A DNA stretch of 60,726 nt, the filler included, from Hausera hauseri (lineage: Eukaryota), in assembly GCA_046269625.1 (NCBI GenBank). It is 11 parts of 11 records of this genome, joined end to end, with 100 filler letters (N's around TTAATTAATTAA, not from the genome) between each part and the next. Parts side by side here need not be neighbours in the genome. Positions count along the whole stretch, not along the records: positions 11,117 to 15,123 come from JBJURY010824194.1; positions 15,224 to 24,833 come from JBJURY010332158.1; 9 more parts are not named here. One strand, given 5' to 3'. A program made the position numbers and the translations under genes. Positions 11,017-23,730 of this stretch are shown here, piece after piece. Positions within the stretch are counted from its first letter, which is position 1. The number at the start of each line of letters is the position of its first letter. Under the pieces are notes generated by a model, which was not told the DNA's origin, ran no database searches, and saw only the letters and a list, made by a program, of their open reading frames with translations.

Positions 11017-12772
11017 NNNNNNNNNNNNNNNNNNNNNNNNNNNNNNNNNNNNNNNNNNNNTTAATTAATTAANNNNNNNNNNNNNNNNNNNNNNNNNNNN
11101 NNNNNNNNNNNNNNNNAATGAATCGACTAAATATTTCTTATCATGTGGGTATGCCTGACGAGCAACAAAATCTATTACAGTTTGATCACGAGGGTGTACC
11201 TGCGGACGCGTAATTGTCACCTTCGACGTCGAACAGTTTTTATTCTGTTTTTCTTTAAAACATGATCCTATATTAGGACGTATCGAATCTCAGCGAGGCC
11301 CACGGGGATTTGCTTTTTATCGTTTCTGCCCTCTCGAAACGTTGAATGCTACTAATATGATCAAAGACGTTTTCAAAATGTTTTTTCATTTATTCCGATT
11401 TAACCAACTAGACACTATCTGGACCAGGGAAGTTGCTCAAATTTCCTTGCAGATTTCTTTCCGCCTCCAGTCAGTTGGTTTTATTTGCCCCTAGACGAAC
11501 ATCCAAAATCTTCATCCTTTATTGCCCCCTTCAACCTCAGTAGATATAGATGAGTGATCGGGCACCAGTGGAAAAGCACAATATTTTCCCCAGTGTATGT
11601 TAGACCGTTGAAATAACAGTGAATGTAATAATTGTGTAAAAAATGTACTCCCACGATGACAGCATAAGGATAAGAGTAATTTTCCCATAGAATCTGAACA
11701 CCACCAAACTGGAAATCGTAGTGACACAAATGGTTATTTATTTGTAACGGTAACATCCGATAATTGCGTTGCTTCGAAAGTCTTTAAAAGTGGTTTTACA
11801 TTGAACAATAAGGTAACAATTTCTGATAGTGAATTATTAGACAAATTGAAATTTTATGAAATGCATTCGGACCAATTTCTCATTAAATCCAATATTATGT
11901 ATGCCGATTAGAAACAATAATAAACAAACGATTAATACTCCATATCAAATTGAAGAAGAGCTGATCGATAAAACTATGCATAAAAACATCGTCAAAACTC
12001 TTCAGGGCAATTATTGGTTGATACAAACACCACTTTGAATCGAAATGTTGCAGTCATTTGTGATTTGGATATTCCATTGCCCATTCTTGTGCTTATACGA
12101 TTATACCCGACGATCCCTACTACGATTTCATATTAAACCATCCAATGACAACGAGCCACACCGTTGCCTTACTCTACGTATCGGGATTTTCTAACAAGAA
12201 ACAAACACTTTCCGAACATGAGACAATTTTGCTTGCCGATAACTACTGCAACACGTTACCAAATTTCATATTTTGAAAAACATCACCGTCACTAGCATCG
12301 ACGCATTCACGACCGAATATTTATTTTTCATTGCCTATACTGCCACAATCCAGAATGAAACGATCACCGGATTTGGATGGAGTATGCGATCTGTTAAAAA
12401 AGGCGGATTCGGAATTGGAGAAAATTCAACAAGATGCTTTCATGATTATTGATAATGACGATCTATATTTGAATTCAGTGGCACCGTTTGAAGCGGAAAA
12501 CCATTTACGAATTGGCGATAGTTGTGACGATATTTCTTTTATTGATGATAATGCATGTTATACCGATTTTTTCTACGGTTATTCGAATTATAAGGTGTGG
12601 TTAATTAAACATCCACGACTCTCTAAACTTATTGACATATACGGAGCATCCGAGCAGTGTGCGATGAACACTGGCTATCGGCGATCGGTTGTGGCGACTA
12701 CTCTTTCGGCTATACGGCCTGAACATCATTTGGTCGGAAACCTGGGCGCGGCCGTGATCCGTGCACCACAAC

Positions 12773-13014
12773 ATGCCTCTGGCATCACTCTTCAACCCCT
12801 TTCTTTTTTGTTTTTAAAAATAACACACATTTCTACTATACACACTAGTAACACGGACATTGCTTACGCCCTCTATATATCTCTATCCTCTTTCCTACAC
12901 ATTTCCAACTTTTATTTATCGCATTATGGTTCTGTGCTACACCCGTCTGACTCACTTTCTTCCTTTGCTTCTCCGATCATTTATCTCACCCATCATTTTT
13001 CCCTCCGAGGCGGT
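12773..13014 (+). CDS. Ubiquitin-like domain at the Gag N-terminus, ending LRGG
   Basis: FYLSHYGSVLHPSDSL..IIYLTHHFSLRGG, in frame with Gag; conserved in copy 3. Confidence 0.65.
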
Positions 13015-15123
13015 TCGGACCCTGATCCTTCTACTGAAAATTCCTCCAAAACAAGATCTGGTCGTCGCCCTGCTGACTCTGCACAATCTGTTTCTCCTAA
13101 TCTTCCTTGCACAGAGTTCTTCCTCTATAAAACTAATTCAAGCCACACTTGGCTACAATTTCATTTACAATGGCTTAAAACTAATCATATTACCGATTCT
13201 TTCTTGCGCGTTAACAGCTTTTTACTTCTTCTCCCAGCAAATATCAAGCATCATATCAATAATCTTACTGATATCCTTACTTCGCCAACACCATATGACA
13301 TGCTTTATGAGTCTGTTATTTATATTACCGACCCATCAAATGATAATATAATACAGAAGTACTTTAACGAACATGCTATAGGCAATCAAAAGCCTTCTGA
13401 CTTTCTGCAGACCTTTATTTCACACCTAAGTGCTCTTGGCGTTACCCCCACTAACAATGCGGACTTGATTCGTCGTTATTTCCTTTCCTTACCCACTTCC
13501 ATCAGAGCTCTCCTTACTGTCGATGACGACTCGACGGCGATTGAAAAACTTGCCCTATTGGCTGATAAAAGCTTCGAAATCTTGCAAACTAAAAACTCAC
13601 AACCCGTAGCTGCAGCAACCACGCATACCTCATCTCACGTAAACACAACTGTTTTCGCACAGCAACTACAATTAGTGCAGAAACAATACGATACTCTACA
13701 GCATTCAATTTCCGCCATCACGGCCCAACTAAGTAATCTCTCTATGTCTCGGCGAGGTGAGACTCGTGCATCGCGTGAGCGTAGCCTCTCCAGGCCCTCA
13801 TTTCGTTCTAAATCTCCTGGCGAACGAATGATTTGTTTTTATAAAAAGAAATTTTGTAGAAACGCAAAAAAATGTCTCGGGCTGTAGATTTTACGACGAG
13901 CGTTTTGCAGTGGACAGCCTTATCTGTATTTATCACACAAAATTTCACTCTCTAGCCAGATCGTGTGTTCCGGGATGTAAACATTACAAAAACAACTTCA
14001 GTTTTTCTTCATCTTCTTCTTCTCCTCCTTCTTCTTATAATTCATTTTCTTTTCCTCCACAATCTTCAGAAAACTAAAAACGCCGCCAGATGTCACAGCA
14101 CATTCTGGCATAGGCAATACCGCTCAATCTTCTGGCTGTCTTAAAACCGCCTCCGCAGTTTTTCTGTTAAAAGCTACACTGTTCTCTAACAATGCTCCAC
14201 ATATCAATTTTTTATCGATTCAGGAACTGCCTTTTCACTCCTCTCTTTGTCCTTCGTCCCTACATCCACTGCAATTTCTTATCCTCCGCTTTTCACTGCC
14301 AGTTGTCCAACTTTGCGAATGGCAGGTACCGCAGAACTGGTTTTTACATTTTCAAACATACCATGCAAGTTTGTCTGGTTATTCCACATGGCCAATATTA
14401 AATTGCCATAATCGGCTCAGATTTTTTGGCCGCACACGACCTGATAGTTGACTGAAAGTATAGCTGTTTGCTACGTAGAGACTCCGTCGTAAACGTTAAC
14501 AATTGTCTACCAGACAGCTGAACAGGCACTTAGTCTGCGAACTCACATGTAAATTTGGCAAATTTCTCGTCGGTTGATAACGATAAATTTAGTAGCTTAT
14601 CTATTTTCTCAATTACATCTCAAATATCGAAATCGATTTTTAGACAATCGGTTAAACCGAATGTTGATAGCGGCGATGCCGTTCTTTCTTCGCCAATAAC
14701 TGCCACCGCCTCCTCTAATAATATGCCTCAGTCACTTTTATTACTAGATTCCAATGTCAAATCCTACATCATTTCTTCTTGTTCTCGCACACTCAAAAAG
14801 GACTATTTTTAAGTCCCCATCAACAACTTATCACCACATTGTCACCCAACGCCAAAGACCTATCAGAAAAAAGGTGAGACCATTATCTCCTCGTAGACGA
14901 AAAGCCGTGGAATTAGAGTTTAACAAACTCGAAAAATGTGGTATCATTCAGAGGTCAAAATCACCATGGGCTTCACATTACATGTAGTAGCAAAAAAGGA
15001 CGGTAATTTTCGACCTTGTGGCGACTACCGTCAAGTAAACAATCTAACCATCATGGATGCTTACCCATTACCGCTCATAAAAAACATCCTGCACAATCTT
15101 AACAACACCAGTACCTATTCCAC
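12773..15123 (+). mobile_element. Ty3/Gypsy copy 2: ubiquitin-like domain-Gag, protease, RT start
   Basis: Gag capsid IGNQKPSDFL; protease relic (F)IDSGT; SKSPWAS..FRPCGDYRQVN..DAYPLP in RT; homologous to copies 1 and 3; candidate PBS (CA-tt-TGGTCGGAAACC) at 12731. Confidence 0.92.
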
Positions 15124-15223
15124 NNNNNNNNNNNNNNNNNNNNNNNNNNNNNNNNNNNNNNNNNNNNTTAATTAATTAANNNNNNNNNNNNNNNNNNNNN
15201 NNNNNNNNNNNNNNNNNNNNNNN

Positions 15224-18200
15224 TTCCCACTCACAACTGGAAAACTTTGCTGTTGCGTAAAACATATCGTTTACTGTTCCGAATAAGTTTTCAGTCACCC
15301 TGTCACCCTGGGGATAGTATGCTGAGCTCCGAGATTTTCTAATTCGGAGATGTGCACATAGTTCATGTATGATCTCGTTCTCGAAGGAAGTACTCCTATG
15401 TGAATGTATCTTGTCAGGGATTTCAAATTGCGAGATTCACTTGTTGAATATGGATTTGCATATCGTTTTGGCAGTCATATTCTTCAGAGGTATCAGTATA
15501 GGGTATTTTGAAAAGTTATCGGTGATTCCCATAAATGTATCTACATCCATTTCTGCTTTATGGAAGAAGTCCCGTTACACCGATGGATATTGTTTCAAAG
15601 AGATACCCAATATTTAAGGATCCATGTGTTCTATTATTGTCTGACCGTTGATTTTTACGTACCTGGCACTCTAAATTTTCCCATTCTTATTCTGACATCA
15701 AAAGACATACCTGGCCAGTAGAATTTCTCCTTTAAAAGAGTTGTCGTTTTACTGACTCCGATATGTCCATGTAACGTATGAGCATGGCCGATGGTTTCAT
15801 ACCTCTTATTTTTTAGCAATAGAACTTTATAGTTTCCATGGTGAATTAAATACAGCAAATCTCCTAAATCGAAAGTCCTTCCGATTTTTCCACAGAATCC
15901 GGGCTTCTCTGTCTTCATTCTATAGTTCTCCCGAATTCTGATCTTCAATGTTTTTGTCTTTCATTAGTTTGATTATCAGCGCAATATTATAATCATCCAT
16001 CTTACAAACGTTCTTTTGTTACTATACGACGGCAATAGACAACGGTTTTTTATCGTTTTGATTTTCATTGTAGTGTATAACATTTCGTTTTGCCTTAAGA
16101 TTTTCGTGGTTTAATAGCACATTGTTGACATTGTTCCGGGGCTCGGGATAGAGCATTTGCATTCTTATGTTTTTCTCCTTTTCTGTATTGGATACCCATA
16201 TCGAAAACACTTAACTCATTGAGCCATGAACTAAATTTCCATGTACTTGGTGTTTTCCTCATACAGCATAGGGCCTTGTAATCTGTTCTTATGCCAAATC
16301 TTCCAAATAAAGTGTTTAAACATTTTTGTGTATTTATAGACACTAAGAAACTTTTTTTGTCGCACAATAATATTGTTCTGCTGTAGACAATTTATGTTAA
16401 GCGTAGGCTATTACTCTTTTATCTCCATTTTGAACTTGAGAAAGGATACATCGAATGGTGTTATCTCATGCATCAGTATCCAAAATAAAATGGTCATGGC
16501 TATTTGAAACTGACAAAATTGGAGTTGTTAAACATTGTTTTAAATGAAGGAAAGCGTTGAGTATATAATGTGACCATTGCAACGGATGCATTTTTCTAGT
16601 CTTTGTTTTATTCGAGATGTCTTTACGTGGCTCTTCCAATGGCGCAACAATTTTGTGGTAATCTTTAATGTAACTTTGGTAGTATCCGCAAAGTCCAAGA
16701 AATTTTCTCATGTCTTCCTGAGATTTTGGCTATGGCCAATCTTGGATGCACTTGATTTTATCCCCATCTGTTGGAATTCCACTGGCTGATACTCTGGCCT
16801 AGGTACCTTACATGATTTGCAAAGAAATGGCACTTTGCTGGCAGAATTCTTAAGCCAGCGTCTTTGATTTTGGTTAGCACATTTCGCAGTCTGTCAAGAT
16901 GTTCCTTCTGTCTTTCCAAAAATTAAGATATATTAAAAATTCCTTTCTGTATTCCTCTTTCAATATTGTTTTCGTAACTGTCTGGGAAGTTACTGGCCAG
17001 CTACCAAGCCCATTGGCAATCTCAAAAACTCCCAATGTCCTTTTCTCGTACTAAAAGCTGTTTTTTCTCTGGAGCAATCTGCAAGACTTATGTCGTAGTA
17101 TCCTCTAGCCAGATCAATTATGCTGAAGTGTTTCGATTCTCCTAAGGCATCAAAAAGTTGCTGTGTATCCGGAATAGGAAATGAAGGCACTTATGTCTTT
17201 TGATTTAATTTCCAGTAATCCACTGCAAGTCGAATGTCTCCATCCTTCTTCGCACAATAACTATAGGAGCGTTCCACTCTGACATACATGATTAAATAAT
17301 ATTTTTCTGTAGCAACTGTTCAACAAAACCATCCACTTTTTCTTGGATTGCAATAGGTGTTCTCCTTGCCTGCCCCTGTATTGGGCTATTATCTTTAAGC
17401 TCTATTTTATGCATAGCGTTCCACGCCAATCCTATATTATATTTAGACAAACTAAACACATCTCTAAACTGATTTTGACTCTTCAAACACCGCCCTTTTA
17501 GTTGGGACTGTTGTGTCTACATTCACCTTAGACACAAAGGAAACCAAAATCGCTCCACTATTAACTCCATTATTATCGAGATCGATATTAAGCCCGACTC
17601 TTCATACTTCGTATCCCAAGAATTATGCCAGGGCTCAGACCATTCACAACAGGTTTTTAACTCATCACCTAATTCAACCATCAAGGATATTTCCACTCGT
17701 ATGGGCACTATAAATGCATCAGCGCACTTGATTTTTCTGGATGACTGTCGGGTTTTCAATGTGTTATCTGAACCTTTCAACTTTTTCAGCATGTCTTTGC
17801 TAATAGAGTTTACTTCGGCTCCTGTGTCTAATAAGAATTTTTTGTTGCTCCCATTGAAAACTGGTTTATTCCGGTTTTTACAGTGTTGGTTTTCTTTTTC
17901 TTGGCTGGAAAAGGATTTTCTTGCTCTCGTCGTTACATTCTCTTTCACCACTTTGGCGTACTACACTGATGGTTCCTTAAAACAACGAATTCTTGCTTCC
18001 CTTATGAACTCCTTCGATGATTGACCATCCTTTCGAATGCTAAATAATTTCATCTGCGATGAAATATCTGACCTTTTCTGACCATATAATATCGAAAACG
18101 TTTTCTTAAGCCGTTCAAAATTCTGCTGATTTTGGTTGTAACCCAACTGCGATTTTACAAAGCATTGGGCATCTTCTAAGTATACCATGAAAAATTCAGC

Positions 18201-18390
18201 CTGTTTCTTCCGATATCTCAAGCTGCCACATAAATACATCCTTGCATTACAAAATTTGGTCAGCATTGTCTTCTTTGAAGGTCTTCGGATATTAACTGAG
18301 TTCTTCTTAAGAATTTTATTCAGGATAACTTCCAGTAATATTGACTGGCGATCCCCAAAATTTATCTTTATTTCTGCTCTTGACGCCACT
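15224..18390 (-). mobile_element. Ty3/Gypsy retrotransposon of a second family (gag, protease, RT, RNase H, integrase), degenerate
   Basis: FLLDTGAEVN; IDLARGYY..REKTAF..RLPMGL; FLGLCGYY; ILDTDA; IRTDYKAL; H...GHIG..KFYWPGM; PBS-like CA-G-TGGCGTCAAGAGCAG at 18371-18388. Confidence 0.93.
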
Positions 18391-18676
18391 GTTGAATTTC
18401 AAACTATATACGTTTCCAAAAAATATATTAATGTTTATCACAATTAGGAAAATTAAACAAATTAAATATTCCACAATTCCAACACCATCCGATATATTGT
18501 AATTCGTAAAAAAGAAATACGCGCGATTGTTTCATTCGGACACAAAGAATGTTTTGTCGGTTGTTGTTATTAATCGAAAATCTTACGTAAATTGTTTTGG
18601 ATACTAATACTTACACAAATGAATGATATTATGTATACATGCGTAATAGGTATTGTCTATTATTGGTTATTTACAG

Positions 18677-21600
18677 ACCATGTTACGATTTCGTCGAAGA
18701 ATTATGCAGTGAGGAAAGTCGAGACGTTATGATTACAAGGATAACCAGTTGGAGCGAAACAGTGGAGAAACATGTACAAGAAATGTTATCAATGAGGCAG
18801 GAGTTTGAAGGTCTCATAGACCAGATAAAGATGTTGGACGCATCAGAGGCAGCTTTAGGTGTTAGTTTGACAAACGGAGAGGTGCAACCGACTCCTATTT
18901 GGACGAAGAAGCCTGTTACAACACCCGCTGCCGGAAGCAGCACAATTAGTGGTGGTACGAAAACTGTGTTATCTGGTAGATCGTATGCCGAAGTTGTTGC
19001 AGGAGCAATGCTGGAGGAAAGTGGTGGATTACAATCGCGTCCATATCGTCGCATGCGTCGGCCAGCTGGAGTACAATAGTTATTGTGTTAATAATCATTT
19101 ATACATTCAGGGTGAGACAGAGACCGATAAAGATGCTACAAAGGCTGCGACAGTAGCACCAACTGATGCGGGAAAAGAGGAACAAAAAGATTCTTCCACA
19201 GAACCTACTCGACAATTACATGATGCAATGTCACAGCTAGTTACTCGATACTGTGGCGAAGCGCGTGATCAACAACTGGAAATGTCATTGCTATGGAGAC
19301 AAGTGCATGCCGCAAAACGAGCTGTAGCACAATACGATGCACGTATGGCACGCACGAGCACCATCGACTTTGTTGCGCCAGAAGAAAGTCTGACAACTCA
19401 GAGCTGTTACAACTGCGTACTCCAGCGACTTCAACACCACGTATGGCTTGCTCGCGGACTTTGTCTACTACCGACAGTGCGCCCACTCATTACAGCCGTT
19501 GCAGCCAGTCGTGAATTGTTGCACTTGCTTCTGGGACCATTGCTGGACGCGGTGCCCAGTCAGATGAGACAAGAGTTAATGTTATTAGCAGTCGGCTGTA
19601 CTCGAGATCGACAAGATCAAGTGTTGGCGCTCAACGGGCTTATTGTCGACGAACTTCATGTCGCATTAACGGCACCATTTTTACCACCGCAACAAGAAAC
19701 ACGCACGAAAATCATTGTACTGTTGCTACGGTTCAGTGTAGCATGTTCAGATTCTTTATGGGAATTGCGTCTACGACCTGCAGTCGCTGTTCTCAGTAGA
19801 ATAAGTCTCCGTCGACAACCCGTGTCAGAACATTGTACACGAATTGTCGTGGCACCTTGCGTTGCCCTATTGCAAACTTGCGTTCGAATGGTTGTTGTAC
19901 GTTATTTGTGTTACTCAATATATTGCATCGTAAGGCACGACAAACTGCGGACAAGAAACAATTAGACACAAATGGAAGTAAAGATGCCGTGATCAATGAA
20001 CAATCTGTTATACCGGTTATGGATGTGTGCAGGTGGCTTCGTGACGAAGGTGCACCTTTGTTCAATGTAACATTATAAAATGTTGTCACTGAAATTCATG
20101 TTTGTGTATTTAGCAATGGCGAAATTGCACTGATGATAATTCTTCGACCGGATCAAGAGTTCAGCGATATGCTGCTCGCTGGTTAGCAGCGATTGGGAAA
20201 AAACAGACGGCATTTCGACTAGCCACCGTCGACACTCTACTCGTCAATGAGGCGTGGGTTTGGCAGGCATTACTTAGTCCAACAAGCCAGCCATGTCGAC
20301 AAGCGGCATACATGTTAATGGAGACATTAGCTAATGATTCCTGGGATCGTCATCGACTGGTGTTGTCCGTATTAGTCCGTTGCCTACCGAATATCATCAG
20401 TGCCATTGCCACTGACAATGGCGCACAAGATCCATCTGATACTCTAACTGCATCTACAGCCGGCGAGGCAAGTGGGCAATTGGTGACTCTGCTGCGTCGA
20501 TTGAGTGAGGAGACTCATTGGCGATGTTATTTGGTAGTCCGGTTCAAACTCATAGGTCCGTATTGCCTGTTTATCAGTCGTCCTCACATATTTGATATCA
20601 TTACTAGATGTTCTCGATAAGGCAATTACTCGTGTGCTGCGTGTACTCGTCGCTACAGAACAAACATGCATGCGTGGATGTCGATCACCAGCATCCCAAC
20701 AAAATCTCACACAACGTGGATGGGCAGCATTCCATATTGTCCGTCATTTAGCAGATTTACTCCTGCATCTCCAAGAACCAGTAATCGTTTTACCATTCCC
20801 CTCCGGCTCATTTACCAATTATCAATTTAGACCGCTGTGGCTAGTGCATATCGATCAACTATTGTCCGATGTCTGCTCACAGCCAGTCTAAGTTTACGTC
20901 GATTAGTTGTATTTCGTTCCAAAGCAACAACAGACGTGGAATCGAGATTTAACAAAACAGTTGACGATTTGTCAAAAGTGTCAGAACAAACAGTGCTCAG
21001 TTTCATCCATATCGCCGTCGGTGTTTTACTCAGATGTCCAGAAGGTGACCTACAGTCGGCTGCATACGTAATCGACAAGATCAATGCTTACGTGTGTCCG
21101 CGTGATTACGATCACCCGGTGTTTGATGTTGTTCTCGATATTTTCAAAGGTCAAGAAGACTTTCTTCCTCATCGTATGATTGGCGTGTCTTTGGGGTTTT
21201 GATTATTAAACGTATGACGTCGTTTATTTCCGTTAACATGTTCAGATGTCATTCATTTGGCCGTACACCGACAGTCAACGATGTCGTTGCGTTTCTTGTT
21301 CGAGAGAATGGTGTTACTAGTGATATTCGTCTTGATCTTATCTGTGATCGGAAGGTTCTGATGGGTGATCTACTGCTAGAAGATATTTATGAACATGTGT
21401 GGTTAGCGGCAGATCCAAACAACAGGAGTAAACCAATGCGTCTGACCGTACGTATTAGCGGTCTGGTCGAAGACAATTTACCGTATATTGAAACTCTGCG
21501 TCAAGACGTTCCGCTGGAGCATTATTGCCGTTCGAATCAACTCATCGAGGATGGTGGTGTTCATACAATTGTTCAACGATTGGCGCGTGTTGATCAACTC

Positions 21601-22041
21601 GCTCATGGATTCTCACTAATTGCATGTTCTGTGCGACTGATTCATTATTTTGTGAAAGTACCCGGTAATGACAAACGACTCGTGGAAACGGATAGTCGAA
21701 TAGTTGAGGTGTTGTTGCATTGTTTATTTGTTTGTCTACGTGGTGGATTGGATGAGAAACGGACAGCAGAATATGAGGAAGCAACTGTACTACCGTTGAT
21801 AGAGCTACTCCAACGATTGCTCGTACTCGGACGTTCCACTGCAGGATGTCACGAAAAACTGAAAGCAGAAGCTGGCAATAGTCACATAATCGAATTACTT
21901 CTAGATTACGTCAGTAAAAACCCCCGTGTTGATTTATATCAGAAATATGTCTCTGGCATTCCAGCTTTGCTACTTTTTGATGAGACAGATAAAATGTCGT
22001 TGCTACTCGATTATGTTGTGCCATATTTCCAAAAACTTCTG
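18677..22041 (+). CDS. UBR4: E3 ubiquitin ligase UBR4 (poe/BIG/calossin family), multi-exon internal/C-terminal portion
   Basis: RPCYDFVEEL, LVTRYCGEAR, CYNC, DSLWELRLR, QEDFLPHRM, IYEHVW..PMRLTVRISGL match UBR4 motifs; ORF pieces are separated by short (~40-60 nt) introns; exon limits approximate; donor GTAAGA at about 22042. Confidence 0.85.
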
Positions 22042-22434
22042 TAAGATTTTTTTGCTGTAGTCTATGATTGATCAGGATGCGTATTAATATTTTATTATTT
22101 ATAATATTGCTTTGAATGCCAATATAAAGGAAGTCGAACTATTATCGATTTGCGAGGTACACTATACATCGATATTTCCAGCAAGAAAATATTTCTTGTT
22201 GTTAATCAAAATTTTTATTAAGGCCTCGTACATACATAGTGGATTTATTATTTTCGTTTTCACAGTTTCCTGAAGATTTGGTGGCATTGGATGTATTTTT
22301 GTTTTGAATTTCGAAGTTTCATTGCAATAAAATAAAACAAGGTGTTGCGCGTACCCTTTTTGTTTGAAACAAAAAATTTAAGATGTCATAAAAACATGAC
22401 TTATATAATACTAATAAATATAAAACAGCTTGTA

Positions 22435-23730
22435 CCGTGTTTTTTCATACAGTGGCCCACCCAAATAAGGGCCCACCTGGGCTTCTATATTGGTTTTTCA
22501 TTCTATATAGAGGCCAATTAGCCTTTATTTGTAGACAAGATTATGTAAATCAGAAAAGCTATGTAGTATTTTAGTTTTTGCACACAACTTGGCACGCATC
22601 TTGTTTAATTGCTGATTGATTTAAATTTACATATTACTTATTTCGTTGTTAATGTGAATTTCAGCTTTTGGATTGTGTTGACATTCTTGAAGTTAGTTGA
22701 TTTTGTGAAGTATTTTTTATAAGTAATTAAAATTAGTCATATTTTGAGCTCTTCCAATCTGTATCGTATGGAGTCAAAAAGTCGGAAATCTTATACTTCT
22801 CAAGAGAAATTGCAGTTTGTGGCGCGTTTAAAGGCAGGAGAAAGTCAAAAATCCATCTCTGAAAAGACAGGAGTTTACCGGAAGAATCTCCGTCGTTGGA
22901 TACAGCAAGAAGAGGAATTGTTGAAGCAAGTTAACAAACGAAAAGTCCAACGTCTAAAAGGAGGTGGAAGAAAGGCATTTTATCCTTAAATTGAAGAAAA
23001 GCTCTTTACATTCTTCTAAAAAGAAAGGGAAAACAACCGCTCTGCAACTTACAATACACTCCGAAATCATATGTTGTCTCTTGAGTTTGATACACCTATA
23101 CCACCAGGTTTCAACATAAGTGATAAATTTTTGTTTGGATGGAGCAAACGACGTAGAATCACTTCTCGAAAGATTACTCCTATGGACAGTTTGATAAAAG
23201 AAGCACAAAGGAGATTCTAAAAGAAGTGGAGGAATATTTATTTCAGGTCCAAATTGCTACAACTGGAAAGGCTTTTGATCGTATCTTCAATATGGATGAA
23301 ACACCGTGTTATGTGGACATGACAAGAGACTGCACACTTCACTTCAAAAGATCAAAACATGTAGAGGGTACAGACGCCGGCTACCCTGTTTGTTTAACAA
23401 TTTCATTAGATGGTCGTACCCTGGTGCCTATGATCATTTTCAGAGGATTGAAAAAATTTCAGAAATCGCTGTTCCAAGCAGTAAAACTATTGTTACTGTA
23501 AACAAGAGTGGGTCAATGGATACTAAACTGTTAAAATTTTGGATGGATAATGTATTCTGCAAAAGGGGTGCCTACTTTGCCACCACTTCATCTGTACTGA
23601 TCTGGGATTCATATGGGACCCACAAAAAACAAGAAATTTTAGAACACCTAGCTAAAATCTATAATTCAAAAGCTGTCATAATAACAGGGAATACAAGAGT
23701 TCCAGCAAGTCTTTCAGCGGATTTTTGATA
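22435..23730 (+). mobile_element. pogo/Tc2-type DNA transposon with a pseudogenised CENP-B/DDE_1 transposase
   Basis: RKSYTSQEKLQFV HTH, GGGRK, IFNMDETP, LIWDSYGTH; TA-CCGTG 5' end with repeated GGCCCACC; 3' TIR not found. Confidence 0.88.

Noticed and set aside
12331-13887. A single genuine 518-aa protein
   Set aside because: The N-terminal ~145 aa runs through the candidate PBS/leader and is absent from copy 3; only the Ubl-Gag part is supported
6407-22041. RING array, Ubl-Gag and UBR4 as one physically clustered ubiquitin system
   Set aside because: They lie on different contigs joined artificially; there is no evidence of linkage
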